52,315 bases of DNA from Girardia tigrina (lineage: Eukaryota): positions 1-52,315 of the forward strand of contig MQRK01250436.1 in the NCBI GenBank assembly GCA_001938485.1, in the 5' to 3' direction. The first letter of the stretch is position 1; every line of letters starts with the position of its first letter. The notes beneath the pieces were generated by a model. The model was given only the letters and a program-made list of their open reading frames with translations. It was not told the origin of the DNA and did no database searches. This document shows, piece after piece, positions 12,950-25,896 of the stretch. The position numbers were made by a program, and so were the translations under genes.

Positions 12950-13608
12950 CGTTCAACAATCTGCCTAGCGAGGCTGCCGCGCTTCGACTTTGGAGTTACT
13001 GAATTCGCTCGGAGACAAATTATTCCGTCGCTAACCTTAAGCTAGCAAAGGTGCTAAAAAGTCCGCCGCAACTCTGCACTGTATAGCTCTCAATCGTCAA
13101 TTGTGGTCCTTAAGAGGACCGTATTTCTTTCGCAATTATTAGAAGCACTTGAGGAATCACCGATGAAATAATCTTGTTGAAACAATTTCCCTAGATTCGA
13201 ATTCAGTACGTAATCGAGAGTGGTACTATTCAATTCAACCATGAAGCTGATCGGCACACACTTTCCATGAATTCCAGAAGTAAAGTAAATATAAATTCTC
13301 TGTAATTGTAAATCACTGTCGCCTTCGTAAACACCAGTGGTCGGTTTGATTCCGTTTTCATTGGTAATTATTTTCTAAAACTTCGTTCCAATACTGTTTC
13401 CACAACTTTGAAATATTCTCATTAATTCATACCATTGATCATGAATGTCTTCACAAATTTTAGTAGGTGCTGAAATCTCGTCAGTTTCTTTGATATGCAA
13501 TCTCTGATCGGGAATCCTTACATGATTATCTTCAAATGTCTTTATAAAATAATCTACATTAAAAATATAGCCCAACGGCAAAGTCATCTGTTCTTTTAAA
13601 TTAGACAT
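12950..13608 (-). pseudogene. TUBB: Divergent beta-tubulin fragment with N-terminal extension
   Basis: [57 protein letters not shown]..ASNN matches beta-tubulin [40 protein letters not shown]; later KVSD and RQIVE remnants. Confidence 0.85.
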
Positions 13609-13752
13609 TCAATGTCAGTTAATGAATATTTTTCTTTAATGAAAAGAAATCGATATCACCAGCAATAATTTTATTCGATATCATAATCATATAACAATAA
13701 TTCGATTAAACAAACGAATTCAATTAACCAATTTTTAAATTCCTAATATATA

Positions 13753-14105
13753 TTAGGGGTACCCAAATGTTATGTCGTTTTTTATTGATTTTTAGAAACA
13801 AAAATAAAACCATATAAAACATTTATTTAATCAGAAAAATAGTCCCCATCGCAATCGATGACCTTTTCCCAACGTGATATAAGTTTTTCTATGCCATTAG
13901 AAAAAAGGATTCGTCCTTGGATTCGAAAAACTTCTCCAGTCCATTTTGGACATCATCCATTGATAGGAATTTTTTACCATGAAGACAATGTTGCAAAGAT
14001 CTAAAGAGATGGTAATCCGAAGGGGCCAAGTCAGGAGAGTATGCCGGATGAGGTAGAACTTCCCATCCCAATTCTTTCAATTTTTGCTGTGTTTTCTTTG
14101 CAGCA
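13753..14105 (-). mobile_element. mariner (DD34D) 3' part and TIR; remainder in gap
   Basis: LGWEVLPHPAYSPDLAPSDYHLFRSLQ; end TTAGGGGTACCCAAAT after TA. Confidence 0.92.
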
Positions 14106-14958
14106 NNNNNNNNNNNNNNNNNNNNNNNNNNNNNNNNNNNNNNNNNNNNNNNNNNNNNNNNNNNNNNNNNNNNNNNNNNNNNNNNNNNNNNNNNNNNNNN
14201 NNNNNNNNNNNNNNNNNNNNNNNNNNNNNNNNNNNNNNNNNNNNNNNNNNNNNNNNNNNNNNNNNNNNNNNNNNNNNNNNNNNNNNNNNNNNNNNNNNNN
14301 NNNNNNNNNNNNNNNNNNNNNNNNNNNNNNNNNNNNNNNNNNNNNNNNNNNNNNNNNNNNNNNNNNNNNNNNNNNNNNNNNNNNNNNNNNNNNNNNNNNN
14401 NNNNNNNNNNNNNNNNNNNNNNNNNNNNNNNNNNNNNNNNNNNNNNNNNNNNNNNNNNNNNNNNNNNNNNNNNNNNNNNNNNNNNNNNNNNNNNNNNNNN
14501 NNNNNNNNNNNNNNNNNNNNNNNNNNNNNNNNNNNNNNNNNNNNNNNNNNNNNNNNNNNNNNNNNNNNNNNNNNNNNNNNNNNNNNNNNNNNNNNNNNNN
14601 NNNNNNNNNNNNNNNNNNNNNNNNNNNNNNNNNNNNNNNNNNNNNNNNNNNNNNNNNNNNNNNNNNNNNNNNNNNNNNNNNNNNNNNNNNNNNNNNNNNN
14701 NNNNNNNNNNNNNNNNNNNNNNNNNNNNNNNNNNNNNNNNNNNNNNNNNNNNNNNNNNNNNNNNNNNNNNNNNNNNNNNNNNNNNNNNNNNNNNNNNNNN
14801 NNNNNNNNNNNNNNNNNNNNNNNNNNNNNNNNNNNNNNNNNNNNNNNNNNNNNNNNNNNNNNNNNNNNNNNNNNNNNNNNNNNNNNNNNNNNNNNNNNNN
14901 NNNNNNNNNNNNNNNNNNNNNNNNNNNNNNNNNNNNNNNNNNNNNNNNNNNNNNNNNN

Positions 14959-14994
<36 letters not shown>
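14959..14994. repeat. (TA)n microsatellite
   Basis: Direct observation. Confidence 0.9.
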
Positions 14995-14997
<3 letters not shown>

Positions 14998-15894
14998 ATA
15001 TAGATGTTATATTAATAATTTTTATTAAAACATTTTTTTGACATAAATGTAATTTTTTATTTTCCAATTTTTAATAAATTTTTTTAATTCATTCTGAAAC
15101 AGTATCTTTGTATCGTGTAAAGGACAATAAAAATACTGACTTTTTTCTTTGTTAATGTGGACTGACAAATATTCTTTATTCATAGGTTTGCTGAATAGTT
15201 TTACTTATTATTATTTCGTATAATGATATGTATATAAGTATATAGTAAATTTAATAATTTAAATTAAGTTAATTAAAGAACAGATAATAAAGTTATTAAA
15301 TATTAAAGAATTAAAAAAATAATTATTAATGTTGAGTCCAATTCAAATTAATTATTATTGAAATCCAGACAGAGAGAGTTGAGGAAGGATGTGATTTTAA
15401 AATCACTTCTTTAATGTGTTAAGATTATTTTTATTTTATGAATTACGCATAAAGAACCAAATTGTGTAACGAATTATTTTGCCAAGTATAAAAGAATTTG
15501 TGATTTAATTAAGATTTAATTGTGAAAGATATCTGATCTGTTTTTATTGACAAACAATATAATTTTTGAAAATGAATTTGATTTTCTCATGATTATTTTG
15601 AATTTCGATTTTTTTAACGCATTATTTGTTGAGGAATTTACCAATTATAAAACAATCTGAATAATTGTTAACAATTTAAAAAATTAATGAACAACCAATT
15701 ATCTAAACAGTAGGTCAAGCAAGAACCGCACAAACACCATGACTCTTCTACCACCGGCCAGTATCTAGGGCGATTGAAGACTGCACCAAACAGATATTAT
15801 GAATAATAACAAAGAAGTGAGTAAAGAGAGATTAGACAATGGTTAATCTAATTAACTAACAGTTAATTTTGATTAGGAATATTTTGATTAATAT

Positions 15895-16227
15895 TTTGAC
15901 CCCTCCCCCTCTTGTCCCTTTATGTCCCTTTTTATGAGACACCCCCCTCCGGGGGACATCCCACCGAAAACAGATTTCCCTTATATTCAGAAGAATGTAT
16001 AGAACATTGAATTTCTAGCTTTAAAGATTAGCTTTTATATAATTTTATTTTGGCTGTAATTTAAGTCACATTAAAAAATAGAATAAAAAAATAGATTTTA
16101 ATGAAAGGCGCTGCTGGGGGATGTCCCCTTAACAATTAGACCCTCCTCCCTATTGTCGCCAAATGTCCCCCTTGTGGTGACCCCTTCCCCCCCCTTAGAA
16201 GGGGACGTCCTTAATGGACGCTCCCTT
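15895..16227. mobile_element. PIF/Harbinger-like MITE right half
   Basis: End ...GGACGTCCTTAATGGACGCTCCCT with repeated GACCCCTCCCCC/TGTCCC subterminal motifs; left TIR not found. Confidence 0.55.
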
Positions 16228-16263
16228 AGGTTAGAATTTAACTTCAATCTTGGTTAACAACAT

Positions 16264-16846
16264 TGTGACAATTATTATGAGAACATTTATTAATATCAAA
16301 ATTAGAGTCATCATAACTCTCGGAAGATCGTTCACAGTTTGACATTATTCTAATAATTTTTTATTTCTGTCTTTATAATAATGATTATTCGAACAATTTT
16401 TATAGTTATTTAAAATTAAAAATTTTAACCATTTCGTTATAAGTACTCGAATTAAATAAAAATATTTTATAAAATTGTAAAAATTAATTTAAATTTAAAT
16501 TTCATCATATTAAATTATGTAGACACAGATATATTGTAACCTGTATTATAAATTTTTCTAAACTGATAGAAATATCTTTTAATTAAAATATTTAAATTTG
16601 ACTAATTTATTTTATATCTATTTAAATACTTTCCTTTTTTAAAAATATTACATTTTATTTTAATTGCTCATTTAAAAAATTTAAACTTTTCAGATTATTA
16701 TTATTTTGTTATTATTATTTTAATTATATTCGAATAGTCAATTACTGTAAATACAAAAATACTAATCTGAGTGGGAGAATCACCATTCTAAGTTCAACAT
16801 ACTTAAATCAACATACACATTCATACAATTTAAAATATTTCTCATA
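16264..16846 (+). repeat. Repeat family A, longer copy (probable solo LTR)
   Basis: Begins TGTGA; colinear with 21404-21869 (GAGTCAT.AT.ACTCTC, ATGATTATTCGAACAATTTTT, CGAATAGTCAAT, GGGAGAATCACCATTCTAA). Confidence 0.65.
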
Positions 16847-18318
16847 AATCATAATTTTATCAACTATAAATCCAGTACCTCGTAATTATTTTTTCTGAAA
16901 TCTGATTATTTAATACATAAATACGATTGATAATTGTTAAGTCATTAATATTCATATTTACTGCTTGGATGGAAAGCACGATTTCCTCAGTACTAATTTG
17001 CCGCTAAAAGAATTCTAAATTGTTCTTAATTGAATTATGTATTTTTTGTAAAAATGTATTGATTATTTTAGATGGAAGCGGTTTTACATTTTCATGTTTT
17101 AATTCTTTACATCTATAAAAAATAATCATAAAATAATACATTTCTATCCGATTCAATCAGTTCAACTGTAACAAATAACAAGGAATATTATCTTTCTTTC
17201 TTTGTTTTTTATAGTTTTAAATGCTTTTTAATGTAATTAACAATTAAAAAATAATATTTGTTAGAAATTTCAATTATATTTTTTCATTTAATTTTTATGT
17301 GATAATTTATTTTATATTTATTTCAAGATCATAAATAACAAAATCTTTACTGGTCATTTTTATGACCTTCAATACAATTTTTTAAAATATTTTTATACCA
17401 ATTAATTTTTTTAACTTATGTTTGGGAAAATTATTTTTACTTTTATTGATAAAACTGGCTCAGGTTTCAACTGTTTCCATTTCTTTGTTAAATTTCCAAC
17501 CTATTTTAATATATTTTTATATTGTTTTATCAATAAAATAATAACATTTATTTAAACATTAAAATATCATATCAAAATTAAATAAAAATTATATATTTTC
17601 ATGAAATTAACAGTTATTTTAAAATTGTTAAATTGTTAAAAAATTCAGTTATTTTATTTGTTTTAAATACTTTTTCAATAAATCAGACAGTTTCCTCCCT
17701 GAAAGCAGTTCTCAGACCCACTTATATACCACTCAGAAAGACTAAATCAATGAAAACTATCATTTCAATAAATGAAATAGATTTTTAAACAGAAGGTTAT
17801 AACAAAAATAGAAATAAATTCTAAAAATGATCAATTTTAAGATATTAATGTATAAAATATAATATAAAAACCTATATTTGAATTTCCATGAAAAATAATG
17901 TGATTCTTCAAGCAGGAAAAGTGAATACAAAAGTTAAAATTATCTTTAAAAAACTACAGAGTATTAAATTTTCGATGCATCATCTTCTATAAAAGTAGAA
18001 GGTTAAGTTGTAGTAAAAAGATAGTAAAAATCAACTTGAATTAATTTTAGTGGTTTTAAAGTTTTGTCAAGATTAAATAATTCCAAATATTGTATTCACG
18101 AGTTCTTACAAAAAATCATTTTAATACACATCTAACAAAACTTTTCGATATACATTTTTTACTCTATTCTCGTAAGGTTTGTGTACTTATGAATGATTAA
18201 AGTCGTGTCGAATTTCGAACTCCGGAAATTTTATGATTTTGAAAATTATATTCGAATTATTATTGAATGAAAACACAAACTATTTTATTATCAAATAAAT
18301 AAGCGTCTATAAATTTAA

Positions 18319-18539
18319 CCGTTAACCTCATACTACCGGCCGGAACGGCCGTGTCCACTTTTATATATATATATATCTTTTCCTAGAATTAATAAACGTT
18401 TAATTTAATTTTTAATGAAAAATATTATTATTGATAATTTTATTCAATTTAACTAATCTAAATATCGTATAAATTGATACCGGCCTCTCAGGCCGGTAGG
18501 CGAAGGATAACTGTAAAAACAGTAGTATGAGGTTAACGG
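18319..18539. mobile_element. piggyBac-type MITE
   Basis: TTAA on both flanks; perfect 18-bp TIR CCGTTAACCTCATACTAC; internal CCGGCC hairpins. Confidence 0.88.
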
Positions 18540-18943
18540 TTAAACAGAGATTTTCAATTCAAAAAATAAAAAAAATACGATTAAATATTTATTTATTTTT
18601 ACAATCAAAATTGTGAAAAATAGTCAGGTAGAAAATTAAATAAATTAATGTATTTAAACAAAAACAATAATTTAAAAATTTTTATAATTCATTTCTTTTT
18701 CTTTTTAATTATTTTTTTTTATTTTATTCCTTATTCTTTTTTAACATACAATTTATTATAATTAATTGTTAGTGAAATTACAGATAAAGCAAAATGTCCA
18801 TATTTGCTTGAATTTTAAATTATAAACATTCAGACCTTTCAAAACATTTTATAAACCACGGATAATACGACAACGGTCGATTTGCAAAGGCACGAAAATA
18901 CTCGCTTAGTATAATAAGATAATTAATTAATTTTCTTTTTATT

Positions 18944-19155
18944 ATCAAAACTTGAAAGCCAATTAAAAACGTTTATTAATTTCGACGGTTTAACCGTCAT
19001 CGTCAGAACAAATGATTTTTCAAACGAAATTGACTTGTATAGTGTAGTTGATGATTATGCAATCAATACGTAATCAGTACATCATTTAAAAACTCTCAAC
19101 AAAGTTGTAGAGAGTGCAGTTTGAACGTTAATTTTAGGATCAAAGATCTAATATA
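18944..19155 (-). mobile_element. Penelope-like 3' end, inverted copy
   Basis: Reverse complement of 20374-20585 with a few substitutions. Confidence 0.8.
18980..19006 (-). ncRNA. Hammerhead ribozyme-like core
   Basis: CUGACGA-U-GACGGU(UAA)ACCGUC-GAAA on the minus strand. Confidence 0.55.
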
Positions 19156-20330
19156 CAGGGTGCGGCAGCTATTTGAGAACACGTAATATAGACACCATAT
19201 CTTTTTGTGTGTTAGAATTACATAATTTTATTTTTACTGGTAGACATGGCAGAAGCTACTCTTACGAATGAAATGAAAAGGCATGCAGTTATTGTGTCAT
19301 TAGCTGCANNNNNNNNNNNNNNNNNNNNNNNNNNNNNNNNNNNNNNNNNNNNNNNNNNNNNNNNNNNNNNNNNNNNNNNNNNNNNNNNNNNNNNNNNNNN
19401 NNNNNNNNNNNNNNNNNNNNNNNNNNNNNNNNNNNNNNNNNNNNNNNNNNNNNNNNNNNNNNNNNNNNNNNNNNNNNNNNNNNNNNNNNNNNNNNNNNNN
19501 NNNNNNNNNNNNNNNNNNNNNNNNNNNNNNNNNNNNNNNNNNNNNNNNNNNNNNNNNNNNNNNNNNNNNNNNNNNNNNNNNNNNNNNNNNNNNNNNNNNN
19601 NNNNNNNNNNNNNNNNNNNNNNNNNNNNNNNNNNNNNNNNNNNNNNNNNNNNNNNNNNNNNNNNNNNNNNNNNNNNNNNNNNNNNNNNNNNNNNNNNNNN
19701 NNNNNNNNNNNNNNNNNNNNNNNNNNNNNNNNNNNNNNNNNNNNNNNNNNNNNNNNNNNNNNNNNNNNNNNNNNNNNNNNNNNNNNNNNNNNNNNNNNNN
19801 NNNNNNNNNNNNNNNNNNNNNNNNNNNNNNNNNNNNNNNNNNNNNNNNNNNNNNNNNNNNNNNNNNNNNNNNNNNNNNNNNNNNNNNNNNNNNNNNNNNN
19901 NNNNNNNNNNNNNNNNNNNNNNNNNNNNNNNNNNNNNNNNNNNNNNNNNNNNNNNNNNNNNNNNNNNNNNNNNNNNNNNNNNNNNNNNNNNNNNNNNNNN
20001 NNNNNNNNNNNNNNNNNNNNNNNNNNNNNNNNNNNNNNNNNNNNNNNNNNNNNNNNNNNNNNNNNNNNNNNNNNNNNNNNNNNNNNNNNNNNNNNNNNNN
20101 NNNNNNNNNNNNNNNNNNNNNNNNNNNNNNNNNNNNNNNNNNNNNNNNNNNNNNNNNNNNNNNNNNNNNNNNNNNNNNNNNNNNNNNNNNNNNNNNNNNN
20201 NNNNNNNNNNNNNNNNNNNTGTAGAGGCCGTTATTGCCGCTAATGGCGGTTTCATTGAATGATGTAGTCCTTTATGTACGTGTTAATATATGTAAAATTT
20301 TAAATTGTAATAAATGTTATTTTTCTGTTG
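19156..20330 (+). mobile_element. Tc1/mariner superfamily element, probably DD37D (maT); mostly gap
   Basis: TA|CAGGGTGCGGC left end; ORF start MAEATLTNEMKRHAVIVSL; C-terminus VEAVIAANGGFIE*; right TIR absent. Confidence 0.7.
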
Positions 20331-20334
20331 TATA

Positions 20335-20585
20335 TTTAAAAATTATTGGGAGAGAGTGACATGTGAAGCGTTATATATTAGATCTTTGATCCTAAAATTA
20401 ACGTTCAAACTGCACTCTCTACAACTTTGTTGAGAGTTTTTTAATGATGTAATGATTACGTATTGATTGCATAATCATTAACTGCACTATATAAGTAAAT
20501 TTCGTTTGAAAAATCATTTGTTCTGACGATGACGGTTAAACCGTCGAAATTAATAAACGTTTTTAATTGGCTTTCAAGTTTTGAT
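20335..20585 (+). mobile_element. Penelope-like 3' end (GIY-YIG C-terminus plus pLTR)
   Basis: YWERVTCEALYIRS..DPKINVQ (frameshifted), then a hammerhead-like core. Confidence 0.8.
20523..20570 (+). ncRNA. Hammerhead ribozyme-like core
   Basis: CUGACGA-U-GACGGU/ACCGUC-GAAA, then a palindromic stem III AUUAAUAAAC/GUUUUUAAU; stem I weak. Confidence 0.55.
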
Positions 20586-21403
20586 TTTAATAACTTGCCA
20601 ATTTTATTTCAATTTATTCACAATTTCTTTTTATTATTTACAATTTTTAAAATTTAATTTATTTATTTTATTTTCTTCCATTTAAACTTTATTTAATTAT
20701 TTAAAATTTTTGTACTATTTATTTTACCTAATTATTTATTTAATTACTATTTATTTATTATTTTTTTCTCCAATATTAGCAAATATTTGGTCAATCCATA
20801 TCTTATTTCTTCTCCAATTGATGTTGCTAGTGCTTCATAAATGTTATAAAAGTTAAATAAATAATTGCAAGAGTCATGATATATTATAATAAATTTCAAT
20901 TAATAATAATTATAGACAACAATAATAATTATAGAAAACAAATATAAAAAACTAATTAAAATATTGAAAAATAACATTAAAACTACCTAAAAGTTATAAA
21001 AGAGAAATTGGCTTTCTTCTGTTGTTTGATTTTGATATTAACGAAGAAATGTTTCTAAACGATTGTACCAAGAAATTTTCCAATTAAAATCAATCTAAAA
21101 CAAACAATCCTATTCAGAACTAAAGAAGTCATTTTCCAGTTGAAATATGATTTACCACGTTGCAGAAACCGTATCTTTTAAAACGAAGAAGAAAACGAAT
21201 TTTATTTTGCATCCGATCTTCTAATTTCACTCGATTATCCACAGGAATCCGATCATAGTCAATCATTTTCATATTATTTTTCAGAAACAAAACTCTTTTA
21301 TTCGACACCTTATTCTGATTAAATATTGAATGAAACTCATCAAATGGATTATAATGATTATCTATAATGATCCATATTTATCAATTTAAATGCCTCTATG
21401 ATA

Positions 21404-21869
21404 TAGTGAGGCATTACTGAGTCATTATGACTCTCAGAAAGTCTTTCATCGTTTGTCATCATTCTAATTGGTTTTCTTATTTCTATTTTTAATCATGATT
21501 ATTCGAACAATTTTTCTTAAGTCATTTTTTAAAATATTTAACTTCTAAAAATTATTAATTAAAAATAATAATTTTTAACATTTCTCAATAAATCCCAAAA
21601 TAATAAAAATGTCATCAAATTATTATAAATGCATTTAATTTAAATTCTACTAAAAATATTAAACTTAATTTTAATTATTACATTAAAAATATGAACTTTA
21701 TAAAATGATTATTTTAATTATGTTCGAATAGTCAATCACTTTAAATTTACATAAAAAAATACCAATTTCCATCTGGGTGGGAGAATCACCATTCTAAATT
21801 CAACATACTTAAATCAACATTCATCATCCATACATTTACACATTCAAACAATTTAAAATATTCCTCACA
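21404..21869 (+). repeat. Repeat family A (probable solo LTR)
   Basis: Termini GTGAGG...CCTCACA are inverted-complementary; colinear with the 16264 copy. Confidence 0.65.
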
Positions 21870-24589
21870 ATAATGATTACATAAATATTGCTTAGGTATA
21901 GAAATGTAAAAATATCATTGTAAGTTTAGTCTGAAGATGACGGTTGATAAATCAAAATAAATAACAATAAATAAGTGTATTGAAAAGTATTTATCTTCAA
22001 ATAAAACTTAGTATTACAGCATTATATTTTTTATGTAGAGAAATAGAAGAAAACTAAATGGGAAATAAAATGGTCTGACTAAAGTCGTTTCTTATTAAGC
22101 GACATAATAAAAAAGAGATAATAAAATATGATATCAATCATAGAGGTACTTTGTGGATAGAAATTAATCAAATGTGAAATGGAAATGTCATTTCGATATT
22201 TGATGAATTTTTGGTTGATAAATCAGGCAAAATTAATTAAGGAGGAATAGAAGAACAAATCGATCAGATATTAAAATTCAATTAACAAATCCTCTAAAAA
22301 TTAATTTTGTACTTAAAAATTAATAAAATAATAATTTCTCTTTTTCTAATTATTAAAAATTTTTTTCTTCATTAAAAAATAAATAAAATATATTTTATTA
22401 TTTAATCAAAATCAAGTTTTATAAAAAATTCAATAAAATTTAATTACAGATTAATTTATTTTTCATCGAATTTATTGATTTATAAATATTTTTTATTAAT
22501 TTAAAAGTAATTAATTTTTGTTTAAAACTAAATTATGGGGAAAAATTAATTTGTGAATAAATAAAAAAATATTTTTTTTAATATTTAAAACAGAATGTTT
22601 CTTTAAATATATGTTATTACAATAATTAATAATTTTTTAAATTCAAGCTACTAATTTATCATATTTTATTGTACAATTTTATTTATAATATTTTAAATTA
22701 AATTTATTTATTATATTATTTTATATTATATTTTATATATAAGATTAAATTGCAAATAAAACTAATCTAAAAAATATAAAACGAAAATATTATTTTCTTG
22801 AAAAAGTAATATTTAAGTAGATTAAAATTATTTTTATTAATAATTCAATTACTTTAACCATTTATGAATGGAAATATTCAGAGCATTCAGACTGGAAAAT
22901 ATATTGTTTTATTTACATAAAAAATAATAAAGTATTTAATTTAACTATTCCATTATAATTAGTTAAATTGAAAAAAAATAGAAATTTTTTTTGGTCTTTT
23001 AAAAAAAATTAAATAAATTTAGTGGCTAAATGTGCTGCAATTAAAAGAAAAATTAAATTTGTATTTTAAGGGGTCTGTACCTAGGTACGGAGAGGGACCC
23101 ATATGCACTGGAAAATTTAGAATTCTGACCTTATTTTCTATTCTTAAATTTAACATAAATAATATTTATAATTATAACTATGGACTGGGGTTTCAAGGAT
23201 TATTTTATATAAAAATAATCTGTTATCAGACTTTTATCATACATTTAAAACTTTGAAAAATCATATATTAAAAAAACTGTCTTTTTAAATTTATTAATTT
23301 AATTTATTATATCTTACAAATAAATCGCGAATCGAAATTTTATTTCTTATTGTAAAAAATGTAATGTTTCAAATTATCAGTTTTAAATAAATAGCAAAAT
23401 AATAATGGAAAATTGTGCCTATTAAAAATAGCTTTTTATATAAAAAATTCTCAATTTTGTCCATTAATTGCGCCAGAAACCGTTTTTTATAATATAAAGG
23501 AAAACTCTAACTGAGACCTCAGTTATTAAATATTTCCTAATTACTTTGTATAAAAAATAATTTATTTATATATAAATATAATCAGTGTATTCAAAATAAA
23601 ATAATTGATTATAAAAACTTTTTATGTACAATATCCAATTTTATACACAATACCAAATACTTTTTATTGCTGAAATAATATTTTTCAATTTCTATTTCTC
23701 TGTTACATTCTTCATCCTGTAAAGTTTTTACAAAAGAAAAGATTTGGAACTGCTGCAAATTAAACGAAAAGTTAAGGGAATTTGACTTATAATTAATTAA
23801 GAAATTATTGCAAAAATGTAATACAAATGTTATTGAAAGAAGCATAGTGAGATTCTTCAGAGTTTGACTTTGATTAATAAAGATTTGGAAGGCTTTCTGA
23901 AATAAAATTTTTAGACAAATTGAATTATTCTATCATCGAAATCATTCTTGGTATGAAAGGGTTCGTTCTTGAAAGGTTTTCCAAATGAGAGGCAATCAAA
24001 TTATAATTCTAAAGGAAGTATAACTACATTTGAAATTAGTGGACCTTAATCGTATAAATTAAAATTGTACTTATATAAATAATTAACATTTTACCATTCA
24101 ACAATTGAAGATTTTTTTACCTCAAGAATATAGATAAAGGTCGACATAAATATCAAAATAAGGAACAAAAACGATATATACAAAGCAAGAAATACGTTCC
24201 GCAGTATAAGACGATTTAAATTGTTTTATTATGTTTATTATTATTTGCTATCGTTATTATATCAAATCCCGATCAGATCAACAATTATTTTCTGCTAGAT
24301 TCAAATCGACATTATTGTGAAGATCTTTAAATGACAATCTATGATAATTTATTTGCTTTCTTTATATATATATATGTGTGTGTATGCAAATATGTAAATA
24401 AATAATAAAATTAATAAAAAAGAAGTTAAAAGATTATAAAATAATTAGAATTAAAAACAGAAATTAAAATAAAAAATAATTAAGTTTCAAAACTAAAATT
24501 AAATAATTAATAAAAAATTGAAATAAGGAATTGAATAGATATTGAACTTTGTTCAATTTCTCGTTTTTTTGTTGAGTTATGTAACTCAT

Positions 24590-24978
24590 TGTTTCCATTT
24601 GGCGAGCAGTGGTATATGTAGGAGCCAATGATAAATCGAGAAAATGTATCAAATATGTGTGTGCCGGTTTGATAAGCCGAAAATTTGATGGCCATAATAT
24701 TCAGAGAAAGGGGTCCGCCGAATGAACTATCATGAGACAATAGTAAGTGTTTTCGATCGGATAAACTGCAACACCTGTGCAGCACGTGGAATGTCATAGT
24801 TAGGTACCGCTGTGCTTACAGACCATCCGGGAACGGTATCGTTGAGAGGAATCATCGGACGATAAAGAGAATGGCAGCAAGGACTAAAGGTGATGTGTTT
24901 GATATGGTGTTCAACCACAAAATAACACCAAAAAACGAGACGGATGACAAGTCAGCTACCAGTAATGGAACCTATCGG
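24590..24978 (+). mobile_element. Gypsy integrase core (not in ORF track)
   Basis: IFRERGPPNELS*DNSKCFRSDKLQHLCSTWNV..RCAYRPSGNGIVERNHRTIKRMAAR, the D..35..E region. Confidence 0.92.
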
Positions 24979-25026
24979 TGTTTCCGAATTGCCCGAAAGA
25001 AAAGAGCATCTGGACCCATAGAGATG

Positions 25027-25642
25027 CCTTCGGACTCCAGGATACACAAAACGCATTCGATTTCTGATTTATAATATCGATTTTGTTTTCTTTCACACAA
25101 CACAATGAGACTGTATCGTTCAAAACCATTAAAAACGACTCTTTCTCATTTAGATGCCACCGCAAATTGACCAACTGACTCTCGGTATTCGGTTTATATT
25201 CACAAAATTTCGATTCTTCATTCTTCAGCAGCGATCTCTCGACACGGAACAGCCGGACAGTCACCAATAGACAATAATCGGTCACCAAGGCGACCAGCAG
25301 AATCGATCCACCGCAACTGAACTCGATCCAGGCGACACTCAACCGGAATTTGATCGAGAAAATCGGATCGACACTCACGAGTTTGTCTTTCAAGTCGACC
25401 GATTCAACACTCGCTCTCTCATTCGAGGAGATTTTGCAGAAATTCACATCGTTGTTGGTAATCGACACCAATAATCCGGCCCGACAATCGATTGCATTAT
25501 ATCGGATGTTTTTCGTGTATTTAGTCGATGTCGATTTGAATGGATGAAGCGTTTGAAAAACAGCATTTAGCGAATTCGATTTGTCGTTAAATCTTTCGAA
25601 TCTTTCACAGAATACTTTAACCATTTTTGTATCGATTTTCAT
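25027..25642 (-). pseudogene. NUP214: NUP214/Nup159 N-terminal beta-propeller, 3'-truncated
   Basis: About 205 uninterrupted codons with IEFSCGGSILLV, LVNLRWH..FLMVLND..L and FCVSWSPK (Nup214 CWSPKGKQL), then abrupt loss of homology. Confidence 0.75.
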
Positions 25643-25896
25643 ATTGATTGATTCCCATTTCGCTAAAAAAACCAATCTTATTAGAATAATTCTCTATTCG
25701 CCGATCACACAGAAACACTGCGCCGTTTATTTGATTATTTCTATTCAAATTTCGATTTAAAATCGATTCGAGTTTGATAATATCGACGAGAAGACTCAGC
25801 GCATCGAAAATCGTATCATTCAATGTTTTTATAATTTTAATATTTGCGGTCTTTTTTAACATCGCGATTAACACAATTCAGTATCCAGAAAAGAAA

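Noticed and set aside
23067-23530. Possible TTAA-target (Kolobok-like) element starting TTAAGGGGTCTGTACC
   Set aside because: No matching right terminus found
24507-24918. Minus-strand ORFs as a continuation of NUP214
   Set aside because: They are antisense to the plus-strand Gypsy integrase core
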